Positions 1 to 7,648 of a stretch of DNA of 32,000 nucleotides are shown here, one piece after another. Position 1 is the first letter of the stretch. Every line of letters begins with the position of its first letter. The stretch spans positions 2,160,001 to 2,192,000 of the forward strand of contig NC_000962.3 of the NCBI RefSeq assembly GCF_000195955.2, in the 5' to 3' direction. This stretch comes from Mycobacterium tuberculosis H37Rv. Lineage in GTDB: Bacteria; Actinomycetota; Actinomycetes; Mycobacteriales; Mycobacteriaceae. A program made the position numbers and the translations under genes. Below the pieces are notes generated by a model. That model did not search any database. It saw nothing but the letters and a program-made list of their open reading frames with translations, and was not told the origin of the DNA.

Positions 1-328
1 TCCACATCTTTGCCTGTTCGGGCGGATCGATCGTCAGTGCCACCAGGCCCTTACGTGACCCGTTGACCAGCCAGCGGCCGAATCCAAAGTGCACCCCGGC
101 TGCGTAGACCCTTGCGTTGGTCGCCTCTGCCTTCGTGATCGACGTCAACGGGATGTCGGCGGCAAATGCCCATCCCATCTTGACGTGCAGGCTCCCCGCC
201 CCAACCCATAGCTCGCTGTTCTTGGGGCCGAGCCCGAGCGGCACCGCAAGCGGGAGAAACCAACGGTCAAAGCGCAACTGGGTCGGCACCAAGATGACCC
301 TACCGGTGCTAGTGCGGCTCAGTACCAT
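1..328 (-). CDS. Conserved hypothetical protein, 3' part cut by the window edge (Rv1914c-like)
   Basis: Manual reverse-strand translation from ATG at 328 stays open to base 1: MVLSRTSTGRVILVPTQLRFDRWFLPLAVPLGLGPKNSELWVGAGSLHVKMGWAFAADIPLTSITKAEATNARVYAAGVHFGFGRWLVNGSRKGLVALTIDPPEQAKMW. It is missing from the ORF track because it runs off the edge. Confidence 0.8.
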   Translation of the reverse strand, partial: MVLSRTSTGRVILVPTQLRFDRWFLPLAVPLGLGPKNSELWVGAGSLHVKMGWAFAADIPLTSITKAEATNARVYAAGVHFGFGRWLVNGSRKGLVALTIDPPEQAKMW

Positions 329-462
329 GTAGGAGTTAGTCTCGAACCGCCCCAGTGGCGTTGCGGAATTTGCGAGCCGTCATCGGTCAGTGATCTAGGT
401 CGCCCGTCCGGGGATACACTCGGTCCGTCAGGTGAATCGGGGCTGCAGAGGAGCGCAAGGCC

Positions 463-1566
463 ATGGCCATCGCCGAAACGGACACCGAGGTCCACACACC
501 GTTCGAGCAGGACTTTGAGAAAGACGTAGCCGCCACTCAGCGATACTTCGACAGCTCGCGCTTTGCTGGGATCATTCGGCTCTACACCGCCCGCCAAGTC
601 GTGGAACAGCGCGGCACGATCCCCGTCGACCACATCGTGGCGCGAGAGGCGGCGGGCGCCTTCTACGAGCGTCTGCGCGAACTCTTTGCAGCCCGCAAGA
701 GCATCACGACGTTTGGCCCCTACTCGCCGGGGCAGGCGGTGAGCATGAAGCGGATGGGTATCGAGGCGATCTACCTCGGTGGTTGGGCTACCTCAGCTAA
801 GGGCTCCAGCACCGAAGATCCGGGGCCCGACCTCGCCAGCTACCCGCTGAGCCAGGTGCCTGACGATGCCGCGGTGCTGGTGCGCGCCTTGCTCACCGCG
901 GACCGCAACCAACACTATCTACGCCTGCAGATGAGCGAGCGACAGCGTGCGGCGACACCGGCTTACGACTTCCGCCCGTTTATCATCGCCGACGCCGGCA
1001 CCGGCCACGGCGGCGATCCGCACGTACGCAACCTGATCCGCCGCTTCGTCGAGGTCGGTGTGCCGGGCTACCACATCGAGGACCAACGACCCGGCACCAA
1101 GAAGTGCGGCCACCAGGGCGGCAAGGTCCTGGTGCCGTCCGACGAACAGATCAAGCGGCTCAACGCCGCCCGCTTCCAGCTCGACATCATGCGGGTGCCC
1201 GGCATCATCGTCGCACGCACCGACGCGGAGGCGGCCAACCTGATCGACAGTCGCGCCGACGAGCGTGACCAGCCGTTCCTTCTCGGCGCGACCAAGCTCG
1301 ACGTACCGTCCTACAAGTCCTGTTTCCTGGCAATGGTGCGGCGTTTTACGAACTGGGCGTCAAGGAGCTCAATGGTCATCTTCTCTATGCGCTTGGCGAC
1401 AGCGAGTACGCGGCGGCCGGCGGTTGGCTTGAGCGCCAAGGCATTTTCGGCTTGGTCTCCGACGCGGTCAACGCGTGGCGGGAGGACGGCCAGCAGTCGA
1501 TCGACGGCATTTTCGACCAGGTCGAGTCGCGGTTCGTGGCGGCCTGGGAGGACGACGCGGGCCTGA
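463..1566 (+). CDS. aceAa: Isocitrate lyase 2, N-terminal module (split gene), 367 aa
   Basis: Open frame with isocitrate-lyase-type sequence ([70 protein letters not shown]). Conserved sequence leaves this frame after MVRRF at about 1347; the remaining ~73 codons are out-of-frame translation. Confidence 0.93.
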
Positions 1567-2762
1567 TGACCTACGGAGAGGCCGTGGCGGACGTGCTCGA
1601 ATTCGGTCAGAGCGAGGGCGAACCCATTGGCATGGCTCCCGAGGAGTGGCGGGCGTTCGCCGCGCGTGCATCGCTGCATGCCGCCCGGGCAAAGGCCAAG
1701 GAGCTGGGCGCCGATCCGCCATGGGACTGCGAGCTGGCCAAGACCCCGGAGGGCTACTACCAGATCCGCGGCGGCATACCGTATGCGATCGCCAAATCGC
1801 TGGCCGCGGCACCGTTTGCCGACATTCTTTGGATGGAGACCAAGACCGCCGATCTCGCCGACGCTCGACAGTTCGCCGAGGCGATCCATGCCGAGTTCCC
1901 CGACCAGATGCTGGCGTACAACCTCTCACCATCGTTCAACTGGGACACCACCGGCATGACCGACGAGGAGATGCGGCGCTTCCCCGAGGAGCTCGGCAAA
2001 ATGGGCTTCGTCTTCAACTTCATCACCTATGGCGGGCACCAGATCGACGGTGTCGCGGCCGAGGAATTCGCCACCGCGCTGCGCCAGGACGGCATGCTGG
2101 CGCTGGCTCGGTTGCAGCGCAAGATGCGCTTGGTCGAATCTCCCTATCGCACACCGCAAACGCTAGTCGGCGGGCCGCGCAGTGACGCCGCATTGGCTGC
2201 CTCCTCCGGACGCACGGCGACCACGAAGGCAATGGGCAAGGGCTCCACCCAGCACCAGCACTTGGTGCAAACTGAGGTGCCGCGCAAGCTGCTAGAGGAA
2301 TGGCTGGCCATGTGGAGCGGTCACTACCAGCTCAAAGACAAACTGCGCGTACAGCTTCGGCCGCAGCGGGCCGGCTCGGAGGTGCTCGAGCTCGGCATCC
2401 ACGGCGAAAGCGATGACAAGCTCGCCAACGTGATATTCCAACCGATCCAAGATCGCCGCGGCCGCACCATCCTGTTGGTACGCGACCAGAACACGTTCGG
2501 TGCGGAACTACGCCAAAAGCGGCTGATGACCCTGATCCACCTCTGGCTCGTCCACCGCTTCAAGGCGCAGGCGGTGCACTACGTCACGCCCACCGACGAC
2601 AACCTCTACCAGACCTCGAAGATGAAGTCGCATGGAATCTTCACCGAGGTCAACCAGGAGGTGGGCGAGATCATCGTCGCCGAGGTGAACCACCCGCGCA
2701 TCGCCGAACTGCTGACGCCCGATCGGGTGGCGCTGCGGAAGTTGATCACGAAGGAGGCGTAG
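1566..2762 (+). CDS. aceAb: Isocitrate lyase 2, C-terminal module (split gene), 398 aa
   Basis: Frame +3 ORF with ICL C-terminal sequence ([83 protein letters not shown]). ATG at 1566 overlaps the upstream TGA (TGATG). ICL-like coding in this frame extends upstream to about 1347. Confidence 0.92.
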   Translation: MTYGEAVADVLEFGQSEGEPIGMAPEEWRAFAARASLHAARAKAKELGADPPWDCELAKTPEGYYQIRGGIPYAIAKSLAAAPFADILWMETKTADLADARQFAEAIHAEFPDQMLAYNLSPSFNWDTTGMTDEEMRRFPEELGKMGFVFNFITYGGHQIDGVAAEEFATALRQDGMLALARLQRKMRLVESPYRTPQTLVGGPRSDAALAASSGRTATTKAMGKGSTQHQHLVQTEVPRKLLEEWLAMWSGHYQLKDKLRVQLRPQRAGSEVLELGIHGESDDKLANVIFQPIQDRRGRTILLVRDQNTFGAELRQKRLMTLIHLWLVHRFKAQAVHYVTPTDDNLYQTSKMKSHGIFTEVNQEVGEIIVAEVNHPRIAELLTPDRVALRKLITKEA

Positions 2763-2931
2763 CCAGCGCTGCCAACTGTCTTGGGGGCCAACCGGGTGTG
2801 CGTCGAGGTGGCGCACATCGCGAAACGCGAAGGATGCTGTCAGACGGCGTCTGCGGTGGCCTGTCGAAGATCCAGCGCACCGGCGTTCACCTGCGTCGGC
2901 CCGCGGTCGCGACTACCATCGCCGCCCCCGT

Positions 2932-5900
2932 TTACGGCCCGGCACCCGGTGAGAAGAAGCCCAGGAGCATTTGGCCGATGTTGTTGACGCCCGAGTTAAA
3001 CGCAGCGGTGAGGTGACCAACGGTGCTCGTGTTGTTGAAGCCCGAGACGGTGTTGCCTAGGTTCGCCACGCCCGACGCCAGCTGCCCGACGTTGTAGATT
3101 CCCGAGACTCCGCCTTGCAGCGCGTTCGGCACCTGGTTCCAGAGGCCCGAAATGCCGGGCCCGACGTTGCCGAAGCCGGATGCGCTTCCATCGCCACTGT
3201 TGAAGAAGCCCGAAGACGGGGTGGTGGTGGAGTTTCCGAAGCCCGGGGCGCTCGTGATGTTGATCGGGATGTTGATCGGTCCCAAGCCGCCGTTGGCGGT
3301 CAAGTTCAGGGGGGATCCGGGAATGGTGAAGCCGGGGATCGTAACCGGGCTCGTGCCCCCGCTCAACGGAACATTCAACCCAAACGGATTAATCGCGAAA
3401 CCAGGGATCGTAACCGGGCTCGTGCCCCCGCTCAACGGAACATTCAACCCAAACGGATTAATCGCGAAACCAGGGATCGTGACAGCGTTGGTAGCACCGC
3501 TCAGCGGAATATTCAAACCGAACGGATTAACACTGAATCCCTGGATGCCAGACTCCAGGGTGCCGCCGGCCAGCGTGACGCCTAATACGAATGTGCTAAG
3601 CGGGATGGGGCCGATGTAGCCCGTGAAGATACCAGCGACGTTAAACGGAAGTTCGTTGAGAGTGATGTTGACCGGTATCCTGATGTTAATCGTAAGGGGG
3701 ATGCGGGAAATAGGGACGCCGGGAACGGTGATCGGACCGACACCACCCAGCGCGTTCAGGCTCAACGGAATACCAGGAATAGTAATATCAGGCACCACAA
3801 TCGGACCGACACCACCCAGCGCGTTCAGGCTCAACGGAATACCAGGAATAGTAATATCCGGCACCACAATCGGACCGACACCACCCAGCGCGTTCAGGCT
3901 CAACGGAATACCAGGAATAGTAATATCCGGCACCACAATCGGACCGACACCACCCAGCGCGTTCAGGCTCAACGGAATACCAGGAATAGTAATATCCGGC
4001 ACCACAATCGGACCGACACCACCCAGCGCGTTCAGGCTCAACGGAATACCAGGAATAGTAATATCCGGCACCACAATCGGACCGATGCCACCATTCACTT
4101 CGACGCTCAGTGGGATGGCGGGAATGCTGAGTGTGTCTGAGTAGCCAATCAGACCCTGGTAATCGCCCCTCCACAGTATGCCGTTGCTGTAGCTGCCCGA
4201 GATCAGGGCGCCGGTGTTAAGGTCGCCAATGTTTCCCCAGCCGGTGTTGAGGTCGCCGAGGTTTAGGTACCCCGTGTTGGCGTTGCCCGGGTTGAGGTCG
4301 CCCGTGTTGGTGTCGCCGGCGTTGTAGCTGCCTGTGTTGTAGCTTCCTGCGTTGCCGATTCCAGTGTTGACGTTGCCGGTGTTGAACAGGCCCGTGTTGG
4401 CGTTGCCCACGTTACCCAGGCCGGTGTTGTAGTTGCCGGAGTTGCCGATGCCGACGTTTCCGTTGCCTGAGTTGAAGAAGCCGATGTTGCCGTTGCCGGA
4501 GTTGAAGAAGCCGATGTTGCCGCTGCCGGAGTTCAGCGCCCCGAATCCGACCTGATTGTCGCCGGTGAGCCCGATACCAATATTTCCAGTGCCCGTGTTG
4601 CCGAAGCCGATGTTGCCGTTACCGATGTTCGCGAAGCCGTAGTTGTTGCCGCCGATGTTCCCAAAGCCAATGTTGTGCAGGGCCTCCGTCAACCCCGGAC
4701 CCGTGTTTGCAAACCCAAGGTTGTTGCTGCCGACGTTTCCAAAACCGAAGTTGTTGCTTCCGATGTTTCCGAAACCGAAACTTCCGTTGCCGATGTTTCC
4801 GCTACCGAAGTTGTAGCTACCGACGTTTCCGCTACCCACGTTGTAGTCGCCGAGGTTTGCGTTGCCCAAGTTGAGTGTGCCGTCGTTGGCGAAGCCGAAG
4901 TTGAATAACGTCCCACCTGCGGCGTTGCGCATGAAGCCGGCGAGTTGGCTGTCGGTGTTACCGACGCCGGAGTGAAAGGCCGATGTCGCTAGGCCCAGCG
5001 TGCTGGTGTTGTAGAGGCCTGAGACTGTGTTGCCGAAGTTCAAGATTCCCGATGTCAGTGGCCCGACGTTAAGGAATCCGGAGTTGCCGAGATTCCCAGC
5101 AATGTTCCAGAAGCCAGATCCGCCCGAACCGACGTTCCCGAAACCCGATGTGCCGCCCGTACCGCTGTTGAAGAAGCCCGATGACGGGGTGGTGGTCGAG
5201 TTTCCGAAGCCTGGGGTGCCCGCGATTTCGATCGGGATGTTGATCGGCCCGAGGCTGCCGGACACGTCGATGCCCAACGGGATTGAGGGGATCGTGATTG
5301 GCGGGGTAGTGAGGGGGCCGATGGCGCCGCCCACATCAATACCCAACGGGATTGCCGGAAGTGAGTAGCCATCCGGGAACACCGTAAACGGGCCTAACCC
5401 TCCGCCCACATCAATACCCAACGGGATTGCCGGAAGTGAGTAGCCATCCGGGAACACCGTAAACGGGCCTAACCCTCCGCCCACATCAATACCCAACGGG
5501 ATTGCCGGAAGTGAGTAGCCATCCGGGAACACCGTAAACGGGCCTAACCCTCCACCCACATCAATACCCAACGGAATAGCCGGCAAACTATAACCACCCG
5601 ATAAGAAGGTGATGGGACCGATTTGACCACTCACTGTCACGTAATCTGGAGGGAATCCGGGGAAAAATGGCGGAATCGCGGGAATCTCAGGAGTGCCTAG
5701 CTGTATCGATATGCTACCCGGGCCTATGCTGCCAACGGTGGGATTTACGCCGAATAAGCCGATCGCAAGCGGAGACGCGGGGATCGAAATCGATCCCACG
5801 TTAATGACCTGGAACGCCGATAGCTCTAGGCCAATAGAATTTAGAGTGATCGGCGGGATGTTGATGGGGCCAACGAGTGCCCCGGTACTGTTGATGCCCA

Positions 5901-7311
5901 GCCCGATGGCGGGAACAGTAATAGGCGGAACATTGATCGGCCCCACCAACGCTCCGGAACTGTTAATGCCCAGGCCGATTTCGGGAATGGTGATGGACGG
6001 GATGGTGATGGGGCCGACGGAGCCGAGGCCGTTGAGGTCTAGGCCAGCAGCGGGAATGGTCAGTGTGCCGGAGAAGCCGATCAAGCCCTGGTAGTCGCCT
6101 CGCCAGAAGAAGCCGTTGCTGTAGTTGCCAGAGTTGAATCCACCGGTGTTGACGTTGCCGGTGTTTCCCACGCCGGTGTTGAGGTTGCCGGGGTTGAAGA
6201 AGCCTGTGTTGGAGCTGCCCGTGTTGAAGTCGCCCGTGTTGAAGCTGCCTAGATTGAAGCTGCCCGTGTTGTAGTTGCCCGTGTTGCCGATGCCAGTGTT
6301 GGCGATGCCGGCGTTGAAGAAGCCCGTGTTGGCTTGGCCCGTGTTGCCGATACCCGTGTTGTAGCTGGTACCTGAGTTCCCGATGCCGAAGTTTCCGGTG
6401 CCCGTATTGCCGATGCCGATGTTGCCGGTGCCTGAGTTGAACAAGCCGATATTGCCGGTCCCCGAGTTCCAGCCGCCGAACCCCTGCTGGTTGTCGCCGG
6501 TGAGGCCGAAGCCGATGTTTCCGTTGCCCGTGTTGCCGAAGCCGATGTTTCCGTTGCCGGTGTTGCCCAAGCCAACGTTGTTGCTGCCGACATTTCCAAG
6601 GCCGAAGTTGTTGCCGCCGGGATTTAGGCTGCCCAAGTTCAAAATGCCAAGGTTAGCGGCGCCCATCTGTCCGAAGCCCGAGTTTGCCAGGCCTAAGCTA
6701 AGATTTGCCAGCACACCCTTGGAACTGGTGATCGCCGCGGTGACGACGGCCGCCGGAGCGGCCGCCAACTGGGCGGGCAGGTCTGTCAGATTCTGCGGCG
6801 GCGCAGTGAACGGCGTCAGGGCCGACGCCACCGCCGATGCCCCGGCATGGTAGGCCGACATCACCGACACATCGATGGCCCACATCTGTTCGTATGCGGC
6901 CTCAATCGCAGCGATCGCCGGAGCATTCTGCCCGAAGAAGTTTGAGAACACCAATGACACCAGGTCGGAGCGGTTGGCCGCCACCAGCGCCGGTTGCACC
7001 ATCGCCGCCCGGACAGCCTCGAACTCGGCCACGAGGGCCGCGGCTTGGGTTGCCGACCGCTGGGCCTGGGCCGCTGCCGCGGCAAGCCATCCTAGGTACG
7101 GCGCTACCGCAGCGGCCATCGCCGCCGATGACGGTCCGAGCCACGATTCGCCGACCAGGCCCGACGTCACGGAGTTGAAAGAGGCCGCTGCCGAGGCCAA
7201 TTCCATCGCCAGTTGGTCCCAGGCGACCGCGGCCGCCGACATGGGTTCTGATCCCGCCCCGCCGAATATGAGGGCCGAGTTGATCTCTGGTGGCAATGTT
7301 GAAAAATTCAT
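2932..7311 (-). CDS. PPE34: PPE family protein, MPTR subfamily, 1459 aa (PPE34)
   Basis: N-terminus [24 protein letters not shown] is a PPE domain, followed by many NxGxGNxG pentapeptide-type (MPTR) repeats. ORF is open to 7344, but the PPE-type start is at 7311. Confidence 0.95.
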   Translation of the reverse strand: MNFSTLPPEINSALIFGGAGSEPMSAAAVAWDQLAMELASAAASFNSVTSGLVGESWLGPSSAAMAAAVAPYLGWLAAAAAQAQRSATQAAALVAEFEAVRAAMVQPALVAANRSDLVSLVFSNFFGQNAPAIAAIEAAYEQMWAIDVSVMSAYHAGASAVASALTPFTAPPQNLTDLPAQLAAAPAAVVTAAITSSKGVLANLSLGLANSGFGQMGAANLGILNLGSLNPGGNNFGLGNVGSNNVGLGNTGNGNIGFGNTGNGNIGFGLTGDNQQGFGGWNSGTGNIGLFNSGTGNIGIGNTGTGNFGIGNSGTSYNTGIGNTGQANTGFFNAGIANTGIGNTGNYNTGSFNLGSFNTGDFNTGSSNTGFFNPGNLNTGVGNTGNVNTGGFNSGNYSNGFFWRGDYQGLIGFSGTLTIPAAGLDLNGLGSVGPITIPSITIPEIGLGINSSGALVGPINVPPITVPAIGLGINSTGALVGPINIPPITLNSIGLELSAFQVINVGSISIPASPLAIGLFGVNPTVGSIGPGSISIQLGTPEIPAIPPFFPGFPPDYVTVSGQIGPITFLSGGYSLPAIPLGIDVGGGLGPFTVFPDGYSLPAIPLGIDVGGGLGPFTVFPDGYSLPAIPLGIDVGGGLGPFTVFPDGYSLPAIPLGIDVGGAIGPLTTPPITIPSIPLGIDVSGSLGPINIPIEIAGTPGFGNSTTTPSSGFFNSGTGGTSGFGNVGSGGSGFWNIAGNLGNSGFLNVGPLTSGILNFGNTVSGLYNTSTLGLATSAFHSGVGNTDSQLAGFMRNAAGGTLFNFGFANDGTLNLGNANLGDYNVGSGNVGSYNFGSGNIGNGSFGFGNIGSNNFGFGNVGSNNLGFANTGPGLTEALHNIGFGNIGGNNYGFANIGNGNIGFGNTGTGNIGIGLTGDNQVGFGALNSGSGNIGFFNSGNGNIGFFNSGNGNVGIGNSGNYNTGLGNVGNANTGLFNTGNVNTGIGNAGSYNTGSYNAGDTNTGDLNPGNANTGYLNLGDLNTGWGNIGDLNTGALISGSYSNGILWRGDYQGLIGYSDTLSIPAIPLSVEVNGGIGPIVVPDITIPGIPLSLNALGGVGPIVVPDITIPGIPLSLNALGGVGPIVVPDITIPGIPLSLNALGGVGPIVVPDITIPGIPLSLNALGGVGPIVVPDITIPGIPLSLNALGGVGPITVPGVPISRIPLTINIRIPVNITLNELPFNVAGIFTGYIGPIPLSTFVLGVTLAGGTLESGIQGFSVNPFGLNIPLSGATNAVTIPGFAINPFGLNVPLSGGTSPVTIPGFAINPFGLNVPLSGGTSPVTIPGFTIPGSPLNLTANGGLGPINIPINITSAPGFGNSTTTPSSGFFNSGDGSASGFGNVGPGISGLWNQVPNALQGGVSGIYNVGQLASGVANLGNTVSGFNNTSTVGHLTAAFNSGVNNIGQMLLGFFSPGAGP
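3340..3546. repeat. 69-bp tandem repeat, 2 near-identical plus 1 diverged copy, in frame in PPE34 (matches VNTR 2163a / QUB-11a)
   Basis: Units begin at 3340, 3409 and 3478 (cgtaaccgggctcgtgcccccgctcaacggaacattcaacccaaacggattaatcgcgaaaccagggat); peptide FAINPFGLNVPLSGGTSPVTIPG. The third unit is diverged. Confidence 0.85.
3731..4075. repeat. 69-bp tandem repeat, 5 copies, in frame in PPE34 (matches VNTR 2163b / QUB-11b)
   Basis: Units begin at 3731, 3800, 3869, 3938 and 4007, with a partial one at 4076 (atcggaccgacaccacccagcgcgttcaggctcaacggaataccaggaatagtaatatccggcaccaca); peptide IPGIPLSLNALGGVGPIVVPDIT. Confidence 0.93.
5330..5554. repeat. 75-bp tandem repeat, 3 full copies plus partial, in frame in PPE34 (matches ETR-A / VNTR 2165)
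   Basis: Units begin at 5330, 5405 and 5480, with a diverged partial at 5555 (cccacatcaatacccaacgggattgccggaagtgagtagccatccgggaacaccgtaaacgggcctaaccctccg); peptide DVGGGLGPFTVFPDGYSLPAIPLGI. Confidence 0.93.
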
Positions 7312-7648
7312 GGCCCCGACTTTCCCTGGGTGCACCGAATTCATGGCGGCTCACCAACCCGCGGTCGGCGAGCGCCGTGTCGCTCGACGCTACTCGGCGA
7401 TCTTCGCGGCCGTATGCATATCACCCGAATAGGGCCATGATTCATAGATCTCGTCAAACTGATTTACGGCGGGCGCTTTTTAGCCGCTCTAGGAATCGAC
7501 GCCAAACCCAACGAACGAGCCTCAGCCAAGGCCGAAATCGATTAATTCCCCGATGATTTCATCGTTGTGGAGGTCGTCGCAGGCGTCGTTGATCTGATCG
7601 TGGCGATTACGGCTGGTGATCCTCTCCGCGGGGCGGGGTCCGCACGGA

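Noticed and set aside
1344-1347. Treating the aceA break as simple sequencing error
   Set aside because: The split aceAa/aceAb form is, from memory, the known H37Rv state, while other strains such as CDC1551 have an intact gene. I treat it as genuine strain variation, though a homopolymer error cannot be ruled out from this sequence alone.
3115-4144. Plus-strand ORFs (156, 155 and 173 aa) with repetitive Arg/Pro-rich protein opposite PPE34
   Set aside because: They are antisense shadows of the PPE34 tandem repeats; the composition reflects the repeat DNA.
2932-5600. Regular short repeats in a GC-rich region that might be read as a CRISPR array
   Set aside because: Units are 69 or 75 bp, contiguous without unique spacers, and translate in frame into PPE-MPTR protein. 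There are no cas genes.
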